Assembly (NCBI GenBank): GCA_964016885.1
Contig: OZ024764.1
Span: 19,530,001 to 19,594,000, forward strand
Length of the DNA stretch: 64,000 nt
Direction of reading: 5' to 3'
Origin: Eledone cirrhosa
Taxonomy: Eukaryota
Shown here piece by piece: positions 26,216 to 39,184 of this stretch (position 1 is its first letter; each line of letters opens with the position of its first letter). The translations under genes were made by a program, and so were the position numbers. Under the pieces are notes generated by a model, which saw only the letters and a list, made by a program, of their open reading frames with translations, was not told where the DNA came from and did not search any database.

Positions 26216-26779
26216 AGTAGCAGGAAACGACTAGATTTGTAGATAAAGAAGTGGGAGACAGGATTATCGGAGTTTAGAAGAGCTACACACTTCTCCAGTT
26301 GGCTGGGAAATAATTATCTTTCCTTAATTTTATTGCTCGACCTCTTAGATGTTTGCAATCGACTTTTCTTCCTGAAAACGGAAACCCTAATCCTAATACT
26401 GGGAAATAAAACGTCTATTGCAAGTATCTAAGGGGTCCAGAGAAAAAATACTGGAAAAGGGGTATAGCAAGAATTCTCAGAAAAATAATTATTCCCACCC
26501 AACGTGAGGTGTGAGTAGATCTGTGAAACTACATCTCTTCGTATACTTTCACCCTACTTTTTCTACAAATCTAGTCGTTTCCGTGAGGGTAGCTGGTTAT
26601 TTCAGCACCGTAGCCTCACCTTACTGAGGTGTCAGGTGATACCCGTGAGGGTACCTGGTTATTTCAGCACCTTAGCCTCACCATCACCCGTTGTAATGCT
26701 GCCAGTGTGTTGGCTTGCCTCAAAGTGTGTAGTTAACCCCTAGGGTGTGAGGTGTGGCCTATTATCACACTATAAATTC

Positions 26780-27600
26780 AATTTATTCACGTTTATAATA
26801 ACATATATAATGACACAATGCTTAGAGGAAAGTCATAAAATCACTTATATCAACACAAGTGGATAAGTTCCTTCAGACTGAAAATATAAACAGAGCATAT
26901 AAATAAATTTACAGTAGAATAACATAACAAATATGTTTTAAATATATAAATAACATTACAAATGCCTCGGTAACACTATAAAGGATGATACAATGAAAGA
27001 TAAATTCCTTCAATGTTGCAATATTAAAGAAAATGTAAAGGAAGGGGTGGACAACGGAGCCAACACCAGAGCAAAAGACAGCAACGAGGGGTACTGGGAA
27101 ACCGCTCTAATGAGTTTTGAGGCAAGCCAGCACACTGGCAGTGTTACCTCGGGTGATGGCGAGGCTGAGGTGCTGGAACAGCCAAACGCCCTCGCGATTT
27201 CGCCAGTTACCTCTATAAGGCGAGCCGCCAGTGAGGAAAGGAACCTCGCAGTCAGCGGCCCGACTCCCCCAAACGTCTCGAAAGCCACAGGCTGAAAAAT
27301 GTAGCTGGTCGACAGATCAGAGTATTTGAGGGTCTTACTCCGCTCGGCTGCCGAAGCTGTGGCTCTCGTCCTTACCGCAGCATCAAGGATATGGGAAAGA
27401 GCAAAGGAGTCACTAACAGTGACGTCCCAGATTAAGCACCTGCCTCTCGACCAGGGGCACAGGGTAAGGCCGTCAGGTCTTTTGCCGTCACTTCTGGACA
27501 ACCCAGATGGTTCCAAGACTGAGGGGATGTTTGCCCGGGCCAAAGCTCTCTTCAGAATAAAGTTTAGCTCCGTGTGACGGGCAAGTTAGCTCCTCTCGTG
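26780..27600 (-). mobile_element. Non-LTR retrotransposon 3' fragment with restriction-like endonuclease (CRE-clade-like)
   Basis: RHTELNFILKRALARANIPSVLEP, KRPDG, LIWDVTV, K..KY, PVAFETFG; after a frameshift REGVWLFQHLSLAITRGNTASVL. Confidence 0.75.
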
Positions 27601-28796
27601 CGTGCTGCAGTTGGTGGAGAATGAGAGGTCGGAGGCTGACCGTTTGTCACATTAGTCGTTCCACCAAGCAGGTCTCTTGGTCGTTCAACGCATGCCACCG
27701 CCACCTAGAGTGGACTAGGTTAAAGTGGTGGCAACTTTAGCAATCGGCAATCGCCGGTGATAGTTCGGTCGAAACATCGGGCCACCGGCGGGTTGAACGA
27801 ATACCTAGGTGGGCTGTGCGCGAGGAGGAAGTAAGGGTTGAGCAAGGGGAGGGATGGAAGGTGGAGAAGGAGTGAGAAGATGATGAGTGCGTAGAGAGGA
27901 GTGTGGTCATGTGAGAGGCAGGTAAATACAGTGGGAGAGAAAGAGCACTGAACATGCAAAGTGAAGGAAAATAAAGACGCTAAAAATACAAAATCTAAGG
28001 CTGTGAGTTTGTGTAATAGTTCGCATGGGTAAATCCGCAGTAAAAACCGAAATTGTGAGTTTGTGTAAAAAAGAAAAAAAAAAAAACATGGGCAAGACTT
28101 AAGTAAAATCAAAACCTGAATGATAGTGATACAAGATGTTTACAATTACGAAGTGATTACATTACTGGACCTGAATTCTATCAAGTGGTCAAAGCTTCTA
28201 ATTCTGTGAAATAGAATGGAAGTATGGATTGACCTTTCAGTCACACCTGACTATAAATAGATTCAGGTTATTTCAAGAGGGAGATGGGATGGTTCCTCGC
28301 CATTTATAATTATTTATATTTTATATTTGGGGGGTTTGATTTTGAAAAATTGTAAGTGTATATTAAGGAGGAAAGTATAATTGTGTGATACTGTAGCAGT
28401 GAATAAAATGTATTTTCCTTCTGCGGCGGAATGGTGTTACGGAGGTAAGTTGGCTGAAGTGTGAGCCAATCGAAACCTTCGGTGCACTAAGTCGACTGTC
28501 CAGAACTACGTTACCAGAGCGAGCGGAGGTGACCAAGAGAGACATTAGTCTACACGCACCTCTCTTATCGACAAGACCAGGCTACACTCATCGCTGCTAA
28601 CAACATCTCCATCTTGCAATGAAGCGGACCAAACTACATCCTACACATGTAGATACGACCTGTACCTAATGTATCCGTTCAACATGTACGACTAATAAAT
28701 AGAGTTACAACATCGATAATGGATTTAGTCAATGTTCTAAATGCCTTCTGATTTCTATTATGTATACCAAGAATTGACCCTAAAACCCGTTATAAA

Positions 28797-28814
28797 TGGT
28801 GACCCCGACGTGAT
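28797..28814 (+). other. Primer binding site, tRNA-Trp
   Basis: TGGTGACCCCGACGTGAT is the complement of the 3' 18 nt of metazoan tRNA-Trp (ATCACGTCGGGGTCACCA). Confidence 0.9.
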
Positions 28815-29479
28815 ACGATACAACAAATCACATTATAAATGGTGACCCGAACGTTTAAGGACATCAACACAGAAGAAACCACATCTTTCCGTTGCAACGA
28901 ACACATCAACATTTCGCATTCCCCCCCCCCAAAAAAAAAAACAAAAAAAAAACAAAGCCACTCGCCTTTTCTCAGGGTATGTACGCGATTAGCGTGAGTC
29001 CTAATATGTATTTGATATATTGTCTTATTGTTACTAAATCTGCACATCACACCTTCACTTTCTAACATCACCGAACACATGCGTTAATAAAAAAAATCTA
29101 AATACTCTAAATTTCTGATTGGGCGACGCTATAAAAAAACTAAAAAAAAAAAAAAAAAAAAAACTGTTGGCGCCGATGGCCGGTCAGAGCAAGATGGCCG
29201 ACTTCCGTCTTCTTCAGCTGTTTTCCCGCCAAAATGACGGAGGCAACGCCATTTTGAAAAGTACACAAAAAAAAAAAAAAAAAATAATAGGACAAAGATA
29301 AATCATAATTTTTTTTTAAAGCTTGACGTTTTTCCCTCCAACATTGTTTTTGATATATTTTTCTTTTTCTGTCCTTCACTCGGATTATATTTTTTCTTGG
29401 CCTGAATTTTCACTTTTGTCTCGGTGACAAGTGCAGAGTTGTCCTTTCTTTGCCCTTTGCTTTTACATCAGTATACACA

Positions 29480-30337
29480 ATGGGTAGCACTTCATTGCCA
29501 CCGTTTACCGGTGACGTCACTGTCTGGTTCGCCCAGATAGAAGCACATTTCACAGCGAATAACATCACCAGTGACCACAGACAGTTAAATCTCCTGTTAA
29601 GCGCTTTTCCAGCGTCATTGACGTCGGTCGTCAAAGACTTAATTACAGATCCTCGCCCTGGGGCCACCTATGAGAGCGTGAAACTCGAAGTGTTGCGGCG
29701 GACCACATTGTCCGCAGAAAAAAAATTTCAGACGCTCGTCAATGACGAACATTTGGGTGATCGGACGCCCACACAACTACTGCGTCGGATGAGAGAGCTG
29801 GCGGAAGATGCCCCAGCTGACAGTGCCCTCCTTAGACAGCTTTTTGTCTCAAGGCTACCCCCCGGAGTTCAGGCGATCTTAGCGCCCATGATGGAGGTTG
29901 CTCCTGTCGACCAGCTAGCGGCTTCGGCCGACAGGGTTATGAGTGTCATCGGACACCCAGCCTCATTTGCCCCCTTCCAGGCACCTCAGCCACCGGCTGC
30001 GGTCAATCCGTTCTCTCCTGTCTCCGTCAATGTATCCCAGCCGCCGACTGCGGTCGCTTCCTTCACTCCAGCGGCTGCCAGTTATACCGACCAGTCACTT
30101 GCAAATGCAGCAATGCTGCAAGCAATAGAGCAGCTAACCAAGGAAGTGAGAAAACTAAGCACTCACAGGGCTCATTCGCCCAGACGCCGTTTCCAGAGCC
30201 GTTCACCCTCGCCACGACGCCGTCACACAAGCAGTTCAGGTTTGTGTTACTACCACAGCCGTTTTGGCGCAGCAGCACGCTCCTGTAAACAGCCTTGTAC
30301 ATTTTCAGACCAGGGAAACAGATTTCAGGAGACCTGA
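29480..30337 (+). CDS. gag: Gag-like protein of gypsy element
   Basis: [50 protein letters not shown]. Confidence 0.85.
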   Translation: MGSTSLPPFTGDVTVWFAQIEAHFTANNITSDHRQLNLLLSAFPASLTSVVKDLITDPRPGATYESVKLEVLRRTTLSAEKKFQTLVNDEHLGDRTPTQLLRRMRELAEDAPADSALLRQLFVSRLPPGVQAILAPMMEVAPVDQLAASADRVMSVIGHPASFAPFQAPQPPAAVNPFSPVSVNVSQPPTAVASFTPAAASYTDQSLANAAMLQAIEQLTKEVRKLSTHRAHSPRRRFQSRSPSPRRRHTSSSGLCYYHSRFGAAARSCKQPCTFSDQGNRFQET

Positions 30338-33300
30338 GCACGGCACAGTCTCCTCTGACCCTCCCTAATAACCGTGTGTTTTTCATCACAGACACTGAGT
30401 CGCAAGCACGTTGTCTGATCGACACCGGCGCGGCTTGTAGCATTTGGCCGCTAAAACTTCTCAAAGAGAAGCCCCAACTCTCAACCGTCTCTCTGCAAGC
30501 AGTAAACCAGTCACCGATCCCCACGTACGGTCAGATTTCTCGTTCTTTGAACCTGGAATTGCGTAGAGATTTCACGTGGATCTTCACTGTTGCTGATCTG
30601 CCTTACCCCATCCTAGGCTCAGATTTCCTGCACCACTATAACTTGATAGTGGATATGCGCAGACGCCGGTTGTTGGATGCCAACACAGAACTGTCTGTGC
30701 CGGGTACCAGATCGACTGTCTCGTCGGTCAGCCCGGTCTTCTTTATCGCTGCTACAGAAGATCCTTACCAATCACTTTTGCATTCCTTCCCGGAATTAAC
30801 AAATTTGAATTTTGTGATGAGTGAGCCTACTCACTCCACCAAGCACCACATTGAAACATCCGGAGCTCCTGTGTTTTCGCGCCCTCGCCGTCTCTCTGCT
30901 GAGAAACTGAAGGCCGCAAGGGCTGAATTCAATCACATGCTGCAGCTCGGGATCATTCGCCCATCCTCAAGCCCGTGGGCCGCACCCTTGCATTTGGTAC
31001 CAAAGCGTTCCGGTGATTGGCGTCCCACTGGGGACTTTCGCCGGTTAAATGCAATGACGGTACCCGACCGCTACCCGATACCACACATACAGGATTTTGC
31101 ATCTTCGCTGCATGGATGCAAGATATTCTCCAAATTGGATTTGGTCAAAGCATACCACCAAATCCCGGTGAACCCGGCAGACATACCTAAAACTGCAGTA
31201 ACAACTCCATTTGGAGCGTTTGAATTTTTGACCATGCCTTTCGGTTTGCGAAACGCAGCCAGCACGTTCCAACGATTTATGGATGAAGTTGTGCGCGATT
31301 TAGACTTCGTGTACAACTACATCGACGACATTCTTGTGGCAAGTGCCTCACCTGAGGAACATGTCACTCACCTCCGTCTCCTGTTCGAGAGATTTCAAAA
31401 ATACCAAGTGAGAATTAATCCGGCAAAATGTGTTTTCGGTGCTTCCTCACTTGTCTTCTTGGGCCATGTCATCAGCCCAGAAGGAATTTCGCCACTACCT
31501 GATAAAGTGAAAGCGGTACAAGACCTCCAACCACCCACTTCACTTCGTCAACTACGACATTTCCTTGGGCTACTGAACTATTACAGGCGCTTTATCCCAC
31601 ACTGTGCGGATCTCCTGTCTCCTCTGTCCGACCTGTTACGTAACAGGAAAAAGAAGAACGATTCCATTTCATTGGACACGAATCAGCTAAAAGCCTTCGA
31701 CGAAGTGAAGCGGAAGCTTGCGGAGACATCACTGCTTGCACATCCTGTGTCTGGTGCCCAGTTTCCACTGGTTGTTGATGCATCAGGCACAGCTGTAGGT
31801 GCAGTACTGCAACAACATCACCAACAACAGTTACAACCTCTTGCCTACTTTTCTAAACAGCTGAAGCCTGCAGAAACACGGTATAGCACATTCGGCCGTG
31901 AACTCTTGGCTATGTACCTTGCAGTGAAACACTTTCGGCATTCACTGGAGGGTCGCCAATTTGTTATATACACTGACCACCGTCCGCACTGCGTTCTAAG
32001 CCGGACAAATATTCACCTCGCGAAACTCGCCACTTGGACTTCGTTTCGCAATTTACCAGCGATATCCGACACATCTCTGGTGAACAGAATGCGGCGGCAG
32101 ATGCACTGTCTCGCCTCCCAATTAATTCCCTGTCATCGCCAGCGGAAATCGACCTCCAACGAATGGCCACAGAACAACCACCTCTGGATACTTTGGACCT
32201 CTCATCTTCTGAATTTGCAACTGGCAAATTTGCATATCTGCCTGTGCCCACTTCGGACACACAGATTATCTGCGACACCTCGACAGATGCACCTCGCCCT
32301 CTAGTGCCAGTGACTCATCGTCGAGCAGTTTTCGACACCTTGCACGGTCTGGCACACCCTGGAATATCGACCACAGTGAAGCTCATTTCGGCTAGATTCT
32401 TCTGGCCTAATATGAGGCGTGACATCACTGCCTGGACACGTTCCTGCCTATCCTGCCAAAAGTCAAAGGTGCACAAACACATCCGCGCACCCCTTGGAAC
32501 TTTCAGCACTCCAGACGCTAGGTTCAGCCATGTCCATATAGATCTTGTCGGACCATGGCCGGTCAACCGAGGATTTACATACCTCCTGACCTGCATAGAT
32601 CGCTTTACACGTTGGCCTGAAGCCATTCCTTTAAGTGACATTTCGGCGGAATCTGTAGCGCGAGCTCTAGTATCGGGTTGGATATCGCGTTACGGAGTTC
32701 CAGCCACTATCACCACTGACCGCGGTGGACAATTTGAGTCACACCTTTTCCGAGAGCTTTCAAGGATCCTGGGAATGCAACGCATTCGAACGACCAGCTA
32801 CCATCCAGCTTCTAACGGAATGATTGAACGCTTCCACCGCCAATTGAAAGCCGCACTGCGCGCTTATCCGGATCAGCAGCGGTGGAGCGAATATGTACCA
32901 ATTGTCCTCCTGGGCTGTCGTGCAGCCATCAAGGAAGATCTAGGCTACTCCCCCGCCGAGTTGGTTTACGGAGTGCCTATATCTCTGCCTGGTCAGATGT
33001 TAGCTCCATTGGACCTACCAGCAACAGACCCAGCTCTGTATGTGAGCAGACTGCAATCATATTTCAGCAATCTTCCGCCTATGCACCCTCGCCAACAGAC
33101 AATCAAATCTTCGGTCCCGAAAGACATTGCTTCATGGACCCACGTCTTTTTACGAAAGGACGCCGTGAGAGCTCCTCTCATGCCACCTTATACCGGTCCC
33201 TATCGCGTGCTTGAGCGCACAGATAAGCTATTCACCCTAGACATTGGGGGTAAAAAAGAGACTGTGTCCATTGACAGGGTAAAACGGGCCTATACAGACA

Positions 33301-33458
33301 CTCTCACACAAGAGCCCCATTTTCCCCCCACATACACCTGGCATCAGCCAAGCCACAATACACATATAACATCGCACACACCTACATATGTCACCACCAC
33401 ACGTAGCGGTCGGTGGGTACATTGGCCCAAGAAGCTTTGCAAGACTCTTTATATATGA
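30295..33458 (+). CDS. pol: Pol polyprotein (PR, RT, RNase H, integrase), broken by one frameshift near 31985
   Basis: LIDTGA; [23 protein letters not shown]; VDASG, GRELLA, YTDH; [24 protein letters not shown]. Confidence 0.93.
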
Positions 33459-34719
33459 ACTATGTTATTTACAGCAATCTTCTTGGAGTTTGCTCTGCCC
33501 TTGTATTTGTATTAAATGTATGAACTAAGGTGAACATTACACTATTTCTGACTTTCCTGTAATATGAACATTTCTTTATCAGTGATATATTTTATTGTGT
33601 TTACTTTTTCTTTCATTCAACTGCTACCCTTATTTCTCTGTCGGCTGTAAGCCTAAGCAGGGGGTGATGTAGCAGTGAATAAAATGTATTTTCCTTCTGC
33701 GGCGGAATGGTGTTACGAGGTAAGTTGGCTGAAGTGTGAGCCAATCGAAACCTTCGGTGCACTAAGTCGACTGTCCAGAACTACGTTACCAGAGCGAGCG
33801 GAGGTGACCAAGAGAGACATTAGTCTACACGCACCTCTCTTATCGACAAGACCAGGCTACACTCATCGCTGCTAACAACATCTCCATCTTGCAATGAAGC
33901 GGACCAAACTACATCCTACACATGTAGATACGACCTGTACCTAATGTATCCGTTCAACATGTACGACTAATAAATAGAGTTACAACATCGATAATGGATT
34001 TAGTCAATGTTCTAAATGCCTTCTGATTTCTATTATGTATACCAAGAATTGACCCTAAAACCCGTTATAATACAATTGCTCCAGGTTGGTTCCCTACGTT
34101 GTTGCCACAAACAATTCTTTTTTCCTCCGAACATCTGTTATTCCTCTCCGTAGATTATAAATGGTAAAATCCGTTCGATCCAACCGAATGGAAAATCCAG
34201 TTCCTTGAAGAATATTTATAGTTGTCTCGGACAAAGCAAAAAAAGGGGAAAGTTGAAAATATTTACCTCGTTTGGTGGTCAATTGCCATCTCCCACTGTG
34301 TTTTTCTTTCCTTTATCATTATTGTTCAATAAATTATATTATTATACACAGTTTAGACAATATATTTGTAATGTCTTTCTCAAGGAATTGCCAGCAATTT
34401 ATAATGTTATTTACACACGTTATTTATGTATATATTTAAAACATATTTACAACGTTATTCTACTGTAAATTTATACAATTGTAATAAAATATATTAATTA
34501 TATCATCACATAATATAAAAACGACCTTTAGAATATTTAAATATTTAGTTTTGTTAATTTATTTTTCAGCAACAACAAAAGTTTTCACTTTAATTAATTA
34601 GAGGTAGGTAAAATATAGATAATTACGATAACATTTTATATTTCCAGTAATGAAACAAACAAGAAAATATATATTTGTGATGTGAAAAGTGAGCTTAAAT
34701 CTACAATATTAATAGACAT

Positions 34720-34870
34720 AATACTTACATTATAGTCTCAGGTGTTTAGTATTTACAGAAATGTTTTCTAAATGATATTGTAGGAAGACTAACACGTGGA
34801 CAGGAAGTCGACAACTGCACCACTGCGCATGCTTCAATGTCAAAGGTCAAGTTTTTGTGTGACGTAAATA
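34720..34870 (-). promoter_or_regulatory. Candidate promoter and first exon of ZNF gene 2
   Basis: Same TGACGT/TGCGCATGC/CAGGAAGT/CACGTG block and GTAAGT donor as 9881-10020. Confidence 0.6.
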
Positions 34871-34909
34871 TTTTTACCGAATTAAATTATGTAAAGTTTG
34901 TAATAAAAA

Positions 34910-37900
34910 CGTGGGTATGGTGTGGCGTGCGGTGGCCGGAAGCGGGGGATTGCCCGACCGGAAGGGTGCTTGGCCGGAAGGATGCTCGACCGGAAGGGCC
35001 AGCAGATGGCCCTTTCTAGTGGTGACCAGCAACGGTGTAGACGCGAGTTTTGGCATCTCCCGGTGTTAAGGAGTTGGACGCACGTGGGAGAGGAAAGACC
35101 AGCAGTGGAATTTAGCGGCGCCTATGAAAAGCGGTGACATAGCTTTTTCTAACCACAAGCTATTTCGGCACTGGAAACTGAGATCTGATTGAAAAAAAAT
35201 AAATAAATAAAGCTACTGGAAAAACAGAGAGGAGTCTGTTGTTTTTTTTTATCACGTACCGCAAGACAAATTAGAAGATGGCGTCAAGACTACGAACAAG
35301 CGAAGCTATCAGGGCATTTACCGGGGTAGGTGTTGTCGCTTGGCTGCGAAAAGTCCGGCTGGTCGCAAGCTTGCAGAAGATAGAAGATGTGGCTGGCCTC
35401 ATGGCACTGTACCTCGAGGGGGACGCGTTGGTACTCTTCCTTGAGTTGGACGAACACAGCGAAAGAGATGCGCAAAAGATTGAGAGGCGCATGATGGAAG
35501 CGTTCGCAGAGGCACCGTTAGCCGCTTTCGCTAAGCTGGCAAGAATTAGATGGAACGGTGAACGCGTTGATATTTTCGCAGCGGAAATACGGTGATTGGC
35601 CATGTTGGCTGGATATCAGGTGGAATGCGAATGCACGGTGCGGTTGGCGTTCTTAAATGGATTTCCAGACGACATAGCGGTGAAACTGCAGCAAGTCCCG
35701 GGTTACAAAGAAATGGAAATGCATTCACTGGTGGAACAAGCCCGGATTATAGCAGAAGATGCCAAGAAGAGTGTTGCAGTGATAGCAACTACAGAGGCTC
35801 AAGACAGCTGGCAGCTAAATGGTGAAAGGGAGGCAACCGCGGCACGCGGCCGCCCGCGAACGTTTAGAGGTCGCTGTTTTTGGTGCCAGGGACCGCACAT
35901 GGCTAGAGACTGCAGAGAGTCAAGGCTGGAAATAATATGCTACCGGTATTAACTGCGACCAGGGAAACAATCCAAGGGGAACTACTGCGCCGGTAGTTTC
36001 CCCTTACGAGTAGAGGCGCTGCCCGTGGTGGAAGTCTTCGTGAGGGGAAAGCCACAGCGAGCACTCGTGGACACGGGATGTTTGACGACACTGATGGCGC
36101 AGGGGTGGAGAGGGAAGAGCAGTGTAAGGGCAGTCGACGGCAGGAAAATTGAATGCCGAGGTCACAGCGAGATGGAAATAGTGGTACGGGGAAGGAAAGT
36201 AAGGTGGATGGGATTGGCGTGGTTATGGGCATGGACGCAATTGGCCGTCTAGGAGGCGTCACAGTGAACAACGTCGGTGTGCCGTTTGGCGCCGCTGCAT
36301 CGGTATGCGCTGTGAGTGCGCGACAGGAGAACCAGAAGGCCCACGAGGAGAAATACCCCGCTTACACTGTGCAGGACAAAGACTTCAAGGCCGTGTGCAA
36401 TGGGTTGTTGAGTGGTACTGGAAGGGAGAACCACCAACACTGAAGACAAAAGTCGGCTGCTATCAACACACATTGAAGGGAAACTATTAGGAGCGAGAGG
36501 TAGAGAGATGGATTGAGGAGGGCATACTGCTTCCCTGGAAAGAGGAGGTGAAGTGCAGAGTATTGCCGTTAATGGCGGTGGCGCAACCCACGAAGAACAA
36601 GGTGAGGCCGGTGCTGGACTTTCGGGAGCTGAACGAGCACCTGTCATGCCACACGGTTGGTGAGGTCACGGATGTCTGTGGGGAAACCCTGCGTGAGTGG
36701 AGACGCATGACGGGGGGTTCAGCAATCGTAGATCTAAAGTCGGCATACTTGCAATTGCATATAGATGAGAAGCTCTGGCAGTATCAGCTGGTCAGGTATA
36801 AGGGCCGGACATATTGCCTGACCAAGCTCGGATTCGGGCTGAGCTCCGCACCGAAGATCATGGCGGCGGTCCTCAAGACCATTCTGGGAAAGGCCGACAA
36901 GATGAAGTGGGCCACTAACTCCTATATTGACGACATCCTAGTGGACGAGTCTGTGGTGGCGGCAGCGGAGGTCACGAGCCATTTACAGGGGTATGGACTG
37001 GCTGCGAAGCCGTCAGAAGCATTGGAGGGAGGAGCCGCGCTGGGACTTAGGCTACGGCGAGACAGGACGGGCGTCTTGGTATTCCAGAGGGGAAATGAAG
37101 TTCCAGAACTGGGCCCAAGTATGAGTAGGCGGGAGCTTTTCTCGGTGTGTGGAAAGTTGGTGGGTCACTACCCGATTGCTGGGTGGCTCCGGACGGCATG
37201 CAGCTATGTCAAGAGACGAGCGGGAGGGGTGACTTGGAGTGACAGAGTGGGAGAGAGGATGGTGGCCATGATGCAGGAGATCGTGGGGAGGGTGAAGGCC
37301 GACGACCCAGTGCGGCGACGCTGGTATGTTCCCAAATCACAGAGCGGGACCGTATGGTGCGATGCCAGCAGCATAGCGCTGGGTGTCACGTTGGAGATAG
37401 GAGGTGTTGAGGTCGAGAATGCATCAATGTGGCCGAACTGGACGCAGTGTTGAGAGGGGTGAACCTCGCCCTGAGGTGGGGACTGCGCACCATCGAGATA
37501 CGCACCGACTCGGCTACTGTACTCGGATGGGTAAGATCAGTGCTCACCAGTGAGAAGAGAGGCGCGGCGGAGATGCTGATAAAGCGCCGCCTGGGAACTT
37601 TAGGAGAGCTGGCCACCGAGTTCGTTCTGAGGATGAGCGTAGTTTTCGTGCCCTCAGAGGAAAATAGGGCGGACATCTTAACTAGGGTGAAGAAAGCCTG
37701 GATGGAAGCGCCGGAGGAGGTAGAAGATGAGATAGCTGCCGTGTGTCGGATCTGAAAGGGTTGCATGACATGCACCACATGGGAGTGGATAGGAGCCTGT
37801 TCCTAGCCAGGAGAATCGACTCGGACGTTAACAGTCACAGTGTTCAAAGGGTGGTTAGAGGCTGCATCCGATGTCAGTCCATAGATCCGCCCCGGGTGTA

Positions 37901-38880
37901 CACGAAACAGGAAGCCTCCCAGTGGATCGCGACTGGAAACGATTGGCGGTGGATGTAACGCACTACCGACAGGGAATGTACCTCTCGATGGTCGACTGTG
38001 GACCAGGACGGATGGCGATATGGAGGGAGATGAAGACTGGAACGGCCGAGGAAATCATGCGGATGTTGAGAGAGGTGTTCTTGGAGTGGAGCCCTGTGGA
38101 CGAACTGCTGATGGACAACGGCGCAGCGTTCCGCTCGGAGGCGCTGAGGGAGATGCTCGATGGATGGAAGGTGGACCGTTTCTTCAGAGCAGCGCACATG
38201 CCGAGCGGGAATGGAATTGTGGAGCGACACCACCGGATGATCAAGGCAATGGCGGAGCGGGGCCATATCTCACCAATGGAGGCAGTGTTCTGGTACAACA
38301 TGTCCCCTCGGGTGGGACAGGTCGAGGAATCGGTGCCACACAGAGCAGTATTCAGATACGAGTGGTGGCACCCGTGCAGGTGGGCGAAGAAGTCTGGGTT
38401 AAGCCCCCAGATGCACGTTGCACATCTCAATGGGGAAGGGGAACGGTGACGGCCGTAAATTCCCAGAACAATGTGTCCGTGGACGGAGTACCACGTCATG
38501 TCCTGGATGTCCGTAGAATCACTGTGTCAACGGACTCCGAGGTAGAGGAAACCCAAAGTGCTGCCCCAACACTGCGGATCTCGCAAAGAAGTCGTAAACC
38601 ACCAACCTGGTCAGCAGACTTTCATATGTAGACGGACGAGGAGGAAATTGATCCTTGAGATCAGGGGGGGGGGGCGTGTGGGTATGGTGTGGCATGCGGT
38701 GGCCGGAAGCGGGTAGAGCTCGACCGGGAGGGCCAGCAGATGGCCCTCTTAGTGGTGACCAGCAACGGTGTGGACGCGAGTTTTGGCAGCTCCCGGTGTT
38801 AAGGAGTTGGACGCACGTGGGAGAGGAGAGACCAGCAGTGGAATTTAGCGGCGCCTATGAAAAGCAGTGAGATAGCTTTC
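34910..38880 (+). mobile_element. Decayed LTR retrotransposon (gypsy-type domain order), distinct GC-rich family
   Basis: LTRs start GTGGGTATGG at 34911 and TGTGGGTATGG at 38677 after a G-run PPT; gag with CFWCQGPHMARDC; ALVDTGC; DLKSAY, YIDDIL; WCDASS; DNGAAF, GNGIVERHH; several stops and frameshifts; 3' LTR truncated. Confidence 0.9.
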
Positions 38881-39184
38881 GTGAGTCTGTAGAATAACAG
38901 GGCAGTTGGAAGACAGAGGACAGCAGGGGAGGTCTTGACTTGAAAAGAGTATCACTTGATACCTCGATATAACCTCGATATAACCTAGTAGGGTGCTAGA
39001 TCAATCGAGTACTGTGGCAGAGATCACCGGGTATCTCGGTAAGATTGGGTCATATGGAGGATAATTTGCCGGAACAACTAAGTACCCAGACAAATGTGAC
39101 AGTTAGTTTTCAAAATACATATACAAGATACAAGACAAATGACTAGACTGAAATATATTTGATAGGGAATAAAGAGTAGAATAT

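Larger units (their letters stand above)
28392..34069 (+). mobile_element. Full-length Ty3/gypsy LTR retrotransposon
   Basis: LTRs 28392-28794 and 33668-34069 differ by one G; TSD ATAC on both sides; PBS 28797-28814; PPT before 33668; gag-PR-RT-RH-IN order. Confidence 0.97.

Noticed and set aside
27720-28112. 120-130 aa ORFs (also 63355-63717) as genes
   Set aside because: Low-complexity pyrimidine-rich sequence open in several frames; probably a retroelement leader or intron.
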